The position numbers and the translations under genes were made by a program. Positions 16,735 to 26,041 of a stretch of DNA of 55,949 bases are shown in pieces; within the stretch, counting starts at the first letter, position 1, and every line of letters starts with the position of its first letter. The notes below the pieces were generated by a model. That model was not told the origin of the DNA and did no database searches. It saw only the letters and a program-made list of their open reading frames with translations. The DNA comes from Candidatus Iainarchaeum sp. (GTDB taxonomy: Archaea; Iainarchaeota; Iainarchaeia; Iainarchaeales; JAZDEL01), in NCBI GenBank assembly GCA_043820655.1, contig JBDRDO010000059.1, forward strand, positions 1 to 55,949, given 5' to 3'.

Positions 16735-17217
16735 ATGGCATATAGTAAATACAATACTGCACGCTTCCAGAGGGATATCCCTGTCAAGGAAGGGGAAATA
16801 TACGATGTTGAGATTGAGGGTGTCGGAGAGAAGGGAGACGGCATAGGCAAGGTAAAGGGCTATGTTGTTATTGTTCCCAACACCCAGAAGGGAGACAATG
16901 TTAAGGTAAGGGTTACTGCCGTAAGGGGCAGGGTCTCATTTGGAGAGGTTGTCGGAGACGGAGAGACGCCGGCAAAGAGTGCGGATGCCGGGTCTGAGGA
17001 AGGCGCCGAAACCGCGGATGCCGCAGAGGCGGAAGACACAGAGGCTGAGGAAGCCCCTGTAGAGGAAGAGGAAGCTGCAGAGGAAAAAGAAGCGGTTGCT
17101 GAGGAAGAGGAAACCGGGTCTGAGGATGAAAAATCCGAAGGCGAAGATGAGGTTAAGGAAGAAGGTAAAAAAAAGGATAAAAAAGAAGCCAAAGTTAAGG
17201 GCAAAAAGAAGAAGTAA
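16735..17217 (+). CDS. TRAM-domain protein with an acidic, then basic, low-complexity tail
   Basis: PVKEGEIYDVEIEGVGEKGDGIGKVKGYVVIVPNTQKGDNVKVRVTAV is a TRAM fold signature. GGAGGAG SD. Confidence 0.8.
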   Translation: MAYSKYNTARFQRDIPVKEGEIYDVEIEGVGEKGDGIGKVKGYVVIVPNTQKGDNVKVRVTAVRGRVSFGEVVGDGETPAKSADAGSEEGAETADAAEAEDTEAEEAPVEEEEAAEEKEAVAEEEETGSEDEKSEGEDEVKEEGKKKDKKEAKVKGKKKK

Positions 17218-17251
17218 TTGAATCTGGAAACTGAAAAAACGAGGTGTAAAA

Positions 17252-17413
17252 ATGGATCTAACCCCGGGAAAAGTAACAGAAGAGATGAGGCAGAGGCTGC
17301 TTGCGGAAGAGTTCGCATTGAGGAAGAAACAGCCCACGGCCTGGACAAAGACAAAGTACAGGCCTTATGCAAACTTCCGTACAAGGAAGGTTGAAGTAAC
17401 TTCAACAGCGTAA
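17252..17413 (+). CDS. small hypothetical protein (53 aa), absent from the ORF track
   Basis: ATG preceded by GAGGTG at -7. MDLTPGKVTEEMRQRLLAEEFALRKKQPTAWTKTKYRPYANFRTRKVEVTSTA. Followed by a terminator hairpin. Confidence 0.4.
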   Translation: MDLTPGKVTEEMRQRLLAEEFALRKKQPTAWTKTKYRPYANFRTRKVEVTSTA

Positions 17414-17453
17414 GGCAGTCTTTTTCTTTTATTTAAACTCAAATTTAGCAAAT

Positions 17454-17490
17454 CCCGCCTTCGGGCGGGCTATTTTAATTCTTTTTATTG
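17454..17490 (+). terminator. stem-loop plus T-rich tract
   Basis: cccgcc-ttcg-ggcggg followed by ctattttaattcttttt. Confidence 0.5.
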
Positions 17491-17541
17491 TTAATTAACT
17501 ATGGCAAAATGCGGGCATAAGGCGTGCGGAAGGTATTGAAA

Positions 17542-18906
17542 ATGGGCCTTGGAGAGAAGCTGAGGGGTGCAATGGAAAAGCTCCGCAATTCAACGGAGCT
17601 GGATAAGGGCACGGTAAAGGAGATTGTCAAGGAGCTTCAGCGCGCGCTTATAAGTTCCGACGTTGAGGTTGCGCTTGTCCTCGGGCTCAGCAAAAAAATT
17701 GAGGCTGCCGCATTTAAGGATCTGCCCGCGGGAATTAATCGAAGGGAGCACGTAATTAAGGAAACCTATGATTTGCTTGCGGAACTGCTTGGTGGAGAGG
17801 ATGTCAAAATTCCGGAAAAGCCGGGGAAGATTTTGGTTGTTGGATTATTCGGTTCGGGGAAGACAACAAGCATAGGGAAGATTGCGAATTATTATTCAAA
17901 GCGCGGGGCGAAAGTGGGGGTTATTGCGGGGGACACATTCAGGCCAGCGGCTTATGAACAGCTGGAACAGGTTGCCAAAAAGGCAGGGGTTGATTTTTAC
18001 GGAGAGGGGGGGGAGAAGAACGCTGCAAAGGTTGTAAGGAACGGACTGAAGGAATTTGCAAAGCATGATTTGATTATTTCCGACTCGGCAGGAAGGAGCG
18101 GGCTTGATGCGGAACTGAAGAAGGAGATTAAGGAAATAGGCACTGCATTTAATGCAGGGCATGTCTGGCTTGTGCTTGCCGCTGACACTGGACAGCTTGC
18201 CAAGAGGCAGGCGGAGGCATTCCATAATGCTGTCGGGGTTAATGGAGTTGTGATAACAAGAATGGACGGCAGTGCGAAGGGCGGGGGGGCGTTAGCGGCG
18301 TGCAGCGCAACAAAGGCGCCAGTACTATTTTTAGGGACGGGGGAAAAGGTAAATGACATCGAGGAGTTTGAGGCTGAAAGATATCTTGGCAGGATAATGG
18401 GCTATGGGGATTTGAAGGCACTGCTTGAAAAGGCAAGGGAGGCAGGCGCTGGGGAAATGGACATTGAGGAACTGATGAAGGGCGAATTTACATTGACTGT
18501 TTTTTATGAGCAGTTGCGCGCCGCAAGGAAAATGGGGCCGATGGGCAAGGTTATGGAAATGATGGGACTTAATCAACAGCTGCCGCAGGAAATGCTGGAA
18601 GTGGGGGAGGAGAAGCTTGACGGGTTTAAGGTAATGATGGATTCAATGACAAGGGAGGAGAAGGACAATCCCGATGTGCTCAACAAATCAAGGATTGCAC
18701 GAGTTGCAAGGGGTTCGGGGAAATCTATTGAGGATGTAAGGGCGCTTATAAAGAATTACAAAAATATGAAGGCGATTTTCAAGAGGTTCAATAAGTTTGA
18801 TGAAAAGAAGCTCGAGAAGCAGGGTTTGCAGGGGCTTCTGAAGGGGCTTGGCGGAATAAAGGGCGTGCGCGGGCTCGGCGGAAAGAAGAAATTCAAGATA
18901 AGGTAA
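17542..18906 (+). CDS. srp54: signal recognition particle protein SRP54
   Basis: GLFGSGKTTSIGKIA, DTFRPAAYEQL, DSAGR, TRMDGSAKGG, plus a Met-rich M domain (GPMGKVMEMMG). Confidence 0.9.
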   Translation: MGLGEKLRGAMEKLRNSTELDKGTVKEIVKELQRALISSDVEVALVLGLSKKIEAAAFKDLPAGINRREHVIKETYDLLAELLGGEDVKIPEKPGKILVVGLFGSGKTTSIGKIANYYSKRGAKVGVIAGDTFRPAAYEQLEQVAKKAGVDFYGEGGEKNAAKVVRNGLKEFAKHDLIISDSAGRSGLDAELKKEIKEIGTAFNAGHVWLVLAADTGQLAKRQAEAFHNAVGVNGVVITRMDGSAKGGGALAACSATKAPVLFLGTGEKVNDIEEFEAERYLGRIMGYGDLKALLEKAREAGAGEMDIEELMKGEFTLTVFYEQLRAARKMGPMGKVMEMMGLNQQLPQEMLEVGEEKLDGFKVMMDSMTREEKDNPDVLNKSRIARVARGSGKSIEDVRALIKNYKNMKAIFKRFNKFDEKKLEKQGLQGLLKGLGGIKGVRGLGGKKKFKIR

Positions 18907-18907
18907 G

Positions 18908-19768
18908 GTGCTTGATTTGGAACTGCTGCTTATACGGGGGGCTGCGGTGCTTATTGCCGCGGCGATTTCCGCATACACTGATTACAAAACAGGGCTTATT
19001 CCCGATAAGATAACGTATTCATTGATTGCACTTGGCGCGGTTCTGCTTATTTTTGATTTTAATTTTCAGGCAGTGCTTATTTCAGGCGCGGTGTTTGCGA
19101 TAGGATATGTCTTTTATTATGCGGGGAAGTTTGGCGGCGGGGATGTGAAGCTGTTCACCGGAATTGCACTGGTGCTGCCTGTGCTTGGCGGGCAGGTGTT
19201 TGTGATTACGGTTTTATTTGCGGCATCTGCATTTGCCGCGGTCTGGATGGGGGCATATTATGCAATAAAATATTTCAGAGGAGGGGGAGGCTTTAACGAG
19301 AACCGCAAAAGGATAATTCTTGCCTGCGCACTTGGGATTGTTGTGTCCGCACTGCTTGCGCTTTCCGCTTGGGGCGGGAGAATTTCACTGTTTGCAGCAA
19401 TGGCAATGGGCGTGCCTTTGCTTTTTGCATTGCTGTTTGTTGCGCTTGAGCGCGGGATAAGGAGGACGTGCTTCCTTGAGCGCGTTAATATTGGGGCGCT
19501 TGATGAGGATGATATAATTGCGATTGAATTTATGGGTGAGGGGCAGGCGGAAAAACTTGGCACAATGTTCAGGGCAGGACTTAAGGGAATAATTGATGAA
19601 AAGGCAAAGCGCGGGCTTGAGAAACTTGGAATTAAGGAGGTGCCTGTGTACAGGAATCTGCCGAGGTTCGGGCCGTTCATACTTGCGGGAGTTATTATTG
19701 CACTGCTTATGCCTGATCTGCTTTTCCTCATAGTTCCTGTCGGGGGCACAGCATATGCACTCGGCTGA
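18908..19768 (+). CDS. A24-family prepilin/preflagellin peptidase (PibD/FlaK/EppA-like)
   Basis: Polytopic. Two catalytic Asp contexts: AYTDYKTGLIPD and GKFGGGDVKLF. GTG start 1 nt after the SRP54 stop. Confidence 0.8.
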   Translation: MLDLELLLIRGAAVLIAAAISAYTDYKTGLIPDKITYSLIALGAVLLIFDFNFQAVLISGAVFAIGYVFYYAGKFGGGDVKLFTGIALVLPVLGGQVFVITVLFAASAFAAVWMGAYYAIKYFRGGGGFNENRKRIILACALGIVVSALLALSAWGGRISLFAAMAMGVPLLFALLFVALERGIRRTCFLERVNIGALDEDDIIAIEFMGEGQAEKLGTMFRAGLKGIIDEKAKRGLEKLGIKEVPVYRNLPRFGPFILAGVIIALLMPDLLFLIVPVGGTAYALG

Positions 19769-19790
19769 TGTGGCGGGAAAAGGAGCGCGC

Positions 19791-20909
19791 ATGGAAACGC
19801 GCTTTATGGAGCGCGCACTCAAACTTGCGGAAAAGGGGCGGGGGAAGGTAAGCCCCAATCCAATAGTGGGGTGCGTTATTGCAAAGAAAGGCAGGGTTAT
19901 TGCCGAGGCAGGGCATGCAAAATACGGGGGCATGCATGCCGAGGCCGCTGCACTGAAAAAGGCGGGAAAGCGCGCAAAAGGCGCGGATATGTACGTTACG
20001 CTTGAGCCCTGCCCCCATTGGGGAAAGACTCCGCCATGCACGGAAGCCATAATAAAAGCGGGGATAAAGCGTGTTTTTGCGGCAATGAAAGACCCGAACC
20101 CGCGGGTAAAAGGGCGCGGCGTGAAGAAATTGCGTGCTTCAGGCGTGCCCACAGTGCTTGGAATATGCAAAAAAGAGGCTGAAATGCTTAATGACTTCTA
20201 CATAACATACATGCTCAAGAAACGGCCTTTTGTTATTATGAAAGTCGCAATGACCGCAGATGGGAAAATTACATGGGGCAATGGGAAAAGGAAAAATGTG
20301 AGCGGGAAAGAGGCAAAGGAATTTGTGCATAACCTTAGGGCGGATGTTGATGCTGTTGCTGTCGGAATTAATACTGTTATAAAGGACAACCCGCGGCTTA
20401 CCGCAAGGCTTGGGGAAAAACAGGGCGGGAATAAAAAGGCGGAGTGCAAAAAAGCAAAATGCAGAAATCCCTTGCGCATTGTGTTTGACAGTTCACTTAA
20501 AATTCCATTAAATGCGCGCATTCTGAAGGGAGTGAAAACTGCGGGAACGACAATAATCACTACAGGGAAATCAAAAAACAAAAAGAGAAAGGCAATTGAA
20601 ATTCAGAAACGCGGGGCGGGGGTTATTATCGTCAAGGCAGGGCAGGAGAGGGTTGATTTGCGCTCCGCACTTGCCGAGTTAGGGAAGGCGGGAATTTCAT
20701 CCCTGCTTCTGGAGGGGGGGAATAAAATTAACACAGCATTCCTGCGTGAGGGGCTTGCCGATAAAATTGCGTTTATTGTTTCGGCAAGGCGCGTTGGGAA
20801 GGGGCTTGACTGGGCGGATGCGCGAGTATTAGGGAAAATTAAAATTAGGGATTTGAAGGTTTCCGCGCTGGGGAATGATTTGCTTATTGAGGGCAGGCCT
20901 GAGGCTTGA
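19791..20909 (+). CDS. ribD: bifunctional riboflavin biosynthesis protein RibD (deaminase plus reductase)
   Basis: CMP/dCMP deaminase zinc motifs HAE..A and PCxxxxxxPPC (LEPCPHWGKTPPC), followed by a RibD C-terminal reductase domain. Confidence 0.85.
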   Translation: METRFMERALKLAEKGRGKVSPNPIVGCVIAKKGRVIAEAGHAKYGGMHAEAAALKKAGKRAKGADMYVTLEPCPHWGKTPPCTEAIIKAGIKRVFAAMKDPNPRVKGRGVKKLRASGVPTVLGICKKEAEMLNDFYITYMLKKRPFVIMKVAMTADGKITWGNGKRKNVSGKEAKEFVHNLRADVDAVAVGINTVIKDNPRLTARLGEKQGGNKKAECKKAKCRNPLRIVFDSSLKIPLNARILKGVKTAGTTIITTGKSKNKKRKAIEIQKRGAGVIIVKAGQERVDLRSALAELGKAGISSLLLEGGNKINTAFLREGLADKIAFIVSARRVGKGLDWADARVLGKIKIRDLKVSALGNDLLIEGRPEA

Positions 20910-21972
20910 ATGCCACGCCATTCACTGAAATTTTCGCGGGTGCGTTTTCCTTTCCTTCAACTGAAAATTTAATTCCAAGAATTTTTTCGCAGACAGCAAT
21001 GTTTGTAAGGGTGTGCTGTGAAAGCGAGGTGCAGGCAATCTCACTCTTCCCTTTTGCAAGCGCCATGTAGGGGATTAATTGATCGGCAAGGTGCACATCA
21101 ACGGGCTGTTTTGCATTCAGTTCGCGCAGGAGATTTTGTGCGGCTTCCGTGCCGACCTTTGATGCGTGCTTTCCGCGCTCGCCAAGCGCGTTTGCCCCGA
21201 TTACTGCACCTGAGGAAAGGTGCGCAAAGAGGGAAATTCCGGAGCCTATTGTCGAGGATGCGCCCTTTGAAACCGCACTGCCTTCAAAATCCACATCAAT
21301 GCCGGCATCCAATAATTCTTTTTCCGCGGCACTTAACTGATTGCGCGCAATATCCTCAGGCAGGGATGCGCAGTGTGAAAATGCTGTAATGTGTGTCAGT
21401 TCGCCGGGCGCGACAAGGACAATCGGCCTGAGCGGGAATTTTGCCGGCTTTGAAATGAAATTTGCCTTGCCGTTCCCTTTGGGAAAGTAGCCGTGTGAAA
21501 TTAAATCCACTGAAAAGTTCGCCCCCATTTTTTTCAGCACAGGCAGAAGTACGTATTTTAGGTAGTGGACTGGCGGGCTCCATGCAACGTCCGTTCCCCC
21601 AATAATGCTTAACTTTGCACCGCGCACAAGCGTGGGGAATGCCGCAGCCTGCAGCACAAGGGAGACTGAGCCTGCCGTGCCTATGTTGAGGCGCAGGGTT
21701 TGCGGCTCTGCTGAAAGTGCGGAGGGCCGGAAGGTTAATTTGCCCGAGGCCTCGTAAGTGCCGTTTGTCTGCGCATGGCAGAGGCTAGAAACCGCACGAA
21801 TGGCAGTGAGATGCTGTTTCTTAAGCCCGGGCTTCGGGCGGGTTGAGCGGATTGATGTAAGGGAAACAGGCTTTCCCGTGAGCGCTGAGAGACCTACCGA
21901 GGTGCGCAAAACCTGCCCGCCGTTTGAGGCATCAATTTCAAGAAACTCCTGTTTTTCATCTGCATCAGGCAT
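20884..21972 (-). CDS. rtcA: RNA 3'-terminal phosphate cyclase
   Basis: GGQVLRTSVGLSALTGKPVSLTSIRSTRPKPGLKKQHL is the RtcA N-terminal signature. 362 aa. Confidence 0.85.
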   Translation of the reverse strand: MPDADEKQEFLEIDASNGGQVLRTSVGLSALTGKPVSLTSIRSTRPKPGLKKQHLTAIRAVSSLCHAQTNGTYEASGKLTFRPSALSAEPQTLRLNIGTAGSVSLVLQAAAFPTLVRGAKLSIIGGTDVAWSPPVHYLKYVLLPVLKKMGANFSVDLISHGYFPKGNGKANFISKPAKFPLRPIVLVAPGELTHITAFSHCASLPEDIARNQLSAAEKELLDAGIDVDFEGSAVSKGASSTIGSGISLFAHLSSGAVIGANALGERGKHASKVGTEAAQNLLRELNAKQPVDVHLADQLIPYMALAKGKSEIACTSLSQHTLTNIAVCEKILGIKFSVEGKENAPAKISVNGVAFKPQACPQ

Positions 21973-22032
21973 AATGATACACTCGCTTCAAAACCCTTAA
22001 AAACTCCTATAACCTAAATCTAACGTGATGAA

Positions 22033-22950
22033 ATGAAGGTTGTTGTGACAGGCTCTGAAGGGTTTGTGGGAAAGGAACTTGCCAATGCACTGATAAGGCG
22101 CAGCCATCAGGTTGAAAGGTTTGATGTAAAGCTGGGGCATAACATACTGGATAAGGGCGCGGTGGAAAAGGCAGTGACGGGCGCTGACGCGGTTTACCAT
22201 CTCGCTGCGCAGCTGGATGAGGGCGCAAAGGATTTGTTTGAGGTTAATGTGCAGGGCACGAAGAATGTGCTTGAGGCATGTGAAAAGGCACGCGTAAAAC
22301 AGCTTATTTACCTCAGCACTGTCGGGGTAATGGGCAAATTAAAGCACGGGCAGTGCGCGGATGAAAATACGCCGATTAATCCCGAAACAAATTATGAAAA
22401 AAGCAAGGCCGATGCCGAGAAGGCTGCACAGGAATATCTGGAAAGCATTCCGCTTACAATTGTGCGGGCCGCCTTTGTAATAGGGCCAAGCGGTTTTTGG
22501 ACGGGAATAATAAAACAGGCGAAGCATAATTTTCCGCTGGTTGGGGAGGGAAAAAATAAGTGGCAGGTTATTTATTACAGGGATTTGGCTGATGCACTTG
22601 TGTTCCTGCTGGGAAAGGAGGATGCAATGGGGGAAATTTTCATAATTGCGGAGGATAAGGGCGTTACACTCAGGGAACTTTATATCGCACTTAGAAAAGA
22701 GCTTGGGGTTACGGAGGGGCTGAAGACAATCTCCCCACTGATGGCAAAGGCGGTTTCGTGGATTTATTTTACAGGTGCGACAATAACGCACAAGAAAACC
22801 GTTGTTATGCCCGCGCATATTGACAGGCTTGAAAGGGAGCGCTGTTACAGCACGAAGAAAATAAATGCGCTCGGCTGGCATGCAAAGACATCGACAATGC
22901 AGGCGGTTGCGGAAACTGTGAAGGCATTAGAGGGAAAAGATAAAAAATAG
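22033..22950 (+). CDS. NAD-dependent epimerase/dehydratase (extended SDR)
   Basis: VVVTGSEGFVGKEL Rossmann motif and YEKSK catalytic motif. Confidence 0.8.
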   Translation: MKVVVTGSEGFVGKELANALIRRSHQVERFDVKLGHNILDKGAVEKAVTGADAVYHLAAQLDEGAKDLFEVNVQGTKNVLEACEKARVKQLIYLSTVGVMGKLKHGQCADENTPINPETNYEKSKADAEKAAQEYLESIPLTIVRAAFVIGPSGFWTGIIKQAKHNFPLVGEGKNKWQVIYYRDLADALVFLLGKEDAMGEIFIIAEDKGVTLRELYIALRKELGVTEGLKTISPLMAKAVSWIYFTGATITHKKTVVMPAHIDRLERERCYSTKKINALGWHAKTSTMQAVAETVKALEGKDKK

Positions 22951-22958
22951 GCGGCGAA

Positions 22959-23738
22959 TTACTTTCTTTCCTTTGCGCCCTTTTGTGCAGCGGAAACAAA
23001 CTTCCTTATTTTTTGCTCGGCTTTTGAAAGGTCCGAGGATGTGTTTTCAACCGCGGTTCCCACATGAATTATATCCGCGCCTGCCTTCATTGTTTTGTAT
23101 GCGTATTCGGGCGTCCTTACGCCGCCTGCAACTATAAGCGGAATGTCGATAAGCTTTTTTGTGTGCGCTATCATTTCAGGGGGCGCGGGCCGTAGTGCGC
23201 CGCCGCCTGATTCAAGAATCACTAATTTGGAGCCCATGTACTGCCCTGCAAGTGCCGTAATTGCCGCAAGGTAAGGCAGATTACGCGGCACGGGCTTTGC
23301 CCTGCCAACCCAGCCCACTGCCCTGCCTGGCTCAACTATAATGTATGATGTCGGCATAACCTCAAGACCCATCTGCTTTACAGTGAGGGATGATGCAATC
23401 TGCGCGCCTGTAATATAATAAGGGTCAAGGGAATTTAGCATTGACATGAAATATATTGCGTCCGCGCGCTCGCTTAAGGTTGCTATATTTCCGGGAAATA
23501 AAATTGCGGGAATCTTGCAGCATTCCTTTATTGAGAGCAAAGTTTTTGAGAGGAGTTCGCCCTGCGCACCCACGCTTCCCCCTACCGCAATTGCCGCGGC
23601 GCCCGAACGTTCCGCAATTTTCGCTATCTTTCCCGCGATTTCGGGGGTTTGATTTGGGGGGTCAATAACAACAAAAACCTGCCCGCGGCTGGCTTCGCAA
23701 TCCGCAAGTATCTGTTTGTACACCTTTCCCTCTTTCAT
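22959..23738 (-). CDS. geranylgeranylglyceryl phosphate synthase family protein
   Basis: TIM-barrel PcrB/GGGPS-like: FVVIDP..Q, AIAVGGS, ESGGGA, PLIVAGGVRTPE. Start chosen at MKEGKVYK. Confidence 0.75.
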   Translation of the reverse strand: MKEGKVYKQILADCEASRGQVFVVIDPPNQTPEIAGKIAKIAERSGAAAIAVGGSVGAQGELLSKTLLSIKECCKIPAILFPGNIATLSERADAIYFMSMLNSLDPYYITGAQIASSLTVKQMGLEVMPTSYIIVEPGRAVGWVGRAKPVPRNLPYLAAITALAGQYMGSKLVILESGGGALRPAPPEMIAHTKKLIDIPLIVAGGVRTPEYAYKTMKAGADIIHVGTAVENTSSDLSKAEQKIRKFVSAAQKGAKERK

Positions 23739-23815
23739 GAAAACCAAACAATTATGGGCGCGATTAGGTATATAAAAGTAACTATGGGGGGGAAAAAGCA
23801 AAATGCACGTGCATG

Positions 23816-24493
23816 CTAGCCCAGCATTGCAATTGCGTTTTCTATGTTTTCACGCTGTTTTCCGCGCAGTACATTGCCGTGCCCCGAAAGCAGGATTTCA
23901 AAATCAAGCGCACTGAGCTTTTCAAGGGAGGAACGCAATTCATTTGCCGCGCCCGATACAAGGTCATGCCTTCCCACTGCGCCCAAAAAAACAGTGTCCC
24001 CCGAAAAAAGGATTTTTGCCTTGCGCTCAAGGAAGCATACACTTCCCGCGGTGTGGCCGGGGGTGTGCAAAACTTCAAGAACTGATTTGCCTATTTTTAT
24101 TTTTTCTTCAGAGGATAACATGCACGTTATTTCAGGGAAATACGGGTCCTGAAAAAAGGAGGATGCGGTGAAGTGCGTGTCCTTTGCGTTTACGTATTCC
24201 GCATCCGCGGGGTGCATTGCAATCTCCGCATTGGGAAATGCAAAATCAGCGGAAATGTGGTCAGCATGCCCGTGGGTGTGGAGGATTAATGAAATATCCG
24301 CGGGCGCAATGGATGGGGCGAGTGCGGAAAGCGCGTGTTCAAGCACTGCTGCATTTTCATGCAGGCCTGTGTCAATGAGGGCGTGATGCGTTTTGTTTTC
24401 TCCGATAAGCAAATATGCATTTGAACTCCAGCCTTTGGCAAAAAGGGCATAAACTCCGGGGGAGATTTCCTCAAATTCGGGTTTTGCAGGCAT
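23816..24493 (-). CDS. MBL-fold metallo-hydrolase
   Basis: HTHGHADH motif, then TPGHTAGS, then a distal H (SGHG). Confidence 0.8.
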   Translation of the reverse strand: MPAKPEFEEISPGVYALFAKGWSSNAYLLIGENKTHHALIDTGLHENAAVLEHALSALAPSIAPADISLILHTHGHADHISADFAFPNAEIAMHPADAEYVNAKDTHFTASSFFQDPYFPEITCMLSSEEKIKIGKSVLEVLHTPGHTAGSVCFLERKAKILFSGDTVFLGAVGRHDLVSGAANELRSSLEKLSALDFEILLSGHGNVLRGKQRENIENAIAMLG

Positions 24494-24552
24494 ATGCAAT
24501 ATTTGGCGGCAAACCAATAAAAACAATTCCGAACCTAATAGTTCCGATATGT

Positions 24553-25902
24553 ATGGCTAAGGGAGGGAAGAGTGCGCGGGCAGATGCGCAGGACGGCATA
24601 ATGGAGAAAATAATCTCCAAAAGCGGGAAGGCGCAGGCCGATATTGAGGCAATGGTTGAGGGCAAGAAAACAAAGTTCTCGGGCCTGCTGACAGAGTCGG
24701 GGGCGCTGTTTATGGTTGCACGTGAACTGGGGGTTGAACTGGAGGTTGAAAAAGGGGAGCCAGCGGCAGTTGCAAAAATCGCGGGGCTTGATGACGGGAT
24801 GCAGAATGTTGATTTAATTGTGCGCGCAATGCAGATTTCCACTCCAAGAGAATTTGAAAAGGGCGGGAAGAAAGGCGTGCTCTGCAATCTGCTTGTTGCG
24901 GATGACAGCGGGGATATAAGGCTTACATTGTGGCACGGGGATGTGAAGAAACTGCGGGAACTGAATGTTCAAAGGGGGGCGATACTCTCATTGAAAGGGT
25001 GCAGGGTCAGTGCGTATAAGGAAAGGAAGCAGGTTGATGTAGGGTATGGGGGGAGTTTCAGCGTGCTTGGCTCCACATCTGAAAAACTGCCGGAACCATG
25101 TGCAAAGGAATGCTGGCTTGCGGAATTAAAGGCAGGGGAACAGAATGTTGATGTTTATGCACGGGTTGCGCGAATTTATGGTGAGCGTGAATTTGAAAAG
25201 GACGGCAGGGGCGGAAAAGTCCTTAACTTTGAGATTGCCGATGAGGGCGCTGCGATTAGGGCGGCGGCATGGAATGAAATTGCGGATGTTGTGAAGGGGC
25301 TTGATGAGGGCGAGCTTGTTAAGATTGAGGGGGCGTATGCAAAGGAAGGTTTGCGCGGGGTTGAACTGAACCTCGGCTGGCAGGCAAGGGTTCTGCGCGG
25401 GGTTAAGAAAGAGATGAAGCCGCTTTCTGAACTGCCGGGGATTGAAAGGGCGAAGGCGGAAAAGAAAGAAATTTCAGAACTGCAGGAGGGCGGCAACTTT
25501 GAAATTAAGGCAAAGATTGCGGAACTTCAGCAGGGGAATTTAAAATACAACATCTGCCCGAAGTGCGGGAAAAAAGTTGAAAGCGTTTCAGGGGGCTGGG
25601 TGTGTAATGCCTGCGGCGAGGTTGATAAGCCGGACATTAATCCGCTGATTGGTTTTACTGCGCAGGACAGGAGCGGGAAGATAAGGGGGGTTGCTTTCGG
25701 CACCGCGGCGGAGAAGATTATGGGGATTGAAAAGGAGGAATTAAAGAGGCGGCTTGCAAAAGAGGACAGCGTGCATATACTTGAGGAAATCGCCAAGGCA
25801 AGGGAGGGCGATGAATTAACCCTGCGCGGCAGGGCAAAGGCAAACACAATGAGCGGGGAGATTGAGTTTGTTGTGAATGAGGTTGCGGGAGATAAAGAAT
25901 AA
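24553..25902 (+). CDS. rpa: replication protein A (multi-OB-fold ssDNA-binding protein with zinc ribbon)
   Basis: Repeated OB units (V.R....REFEK.G..G.V.N..(V/I)AD..G.IR...W) and CPKCGKK...x9...CNACG. Start chosen at MAKGGKS (24553). Confidence 0.8.
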   Translation: MAKGGKSARADAQDGIMEKIISKSGKAQADIEAMVEGKKTKFSGLLTESGALFMVARELGVELEVEKGEPAAVAKIAGLDDGMQNVDLIVRAMQISTPREFEKGGKKGVLCNLLVADDSGDIRLTLWHGDVKKLRELNVQRGAILSLKGCRVSAYKERKQVDVGYGGSFSVLGSTSEKLPEPCAKECWLAELKAGEQNVDVYARVARIYGEREFEKDGRGGKVLNFEIADEGAAIRAAAWNEIADVVKGLDEGELVKIEGAYAKEGLRGVELNLGWQARVLRGVKKEMKPLSELPGIERAKAEKKEISELQEGGNFEIKAKIAELQQGNLKYNICPKCGKKVESVSGGWVCNACGEVDKPDINPLIGFTAQDRSGKIRGVAFGTAAEKIMGIEKEELKRRLAKEDSVHILEEIAKAREGDELTLRGRAKANTMSGEIEFVVNEVAGDKE

Positions 25903-26041
25903 TCCCGCACCGGAAATCTGGTCTAAAAGCATTTAAAAAGGCTGGAACTGATTATATTATTGCACAAAAAACTGCACCCGCAAGGGGGCTTTGGTTTCCA
26001 AAACCGCGCCTCAAAAAGCGGGGATGCATGGAGGTGTTTAT

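Noticed and set aside
16860-17405. Antisense ORFs opposite the TRAM gene tail and the 53-aa ORF
   Set aside because: This is a Ser/Phe-rich shadow of an acidic/basic low-complexity tail, with no SD or TATA.
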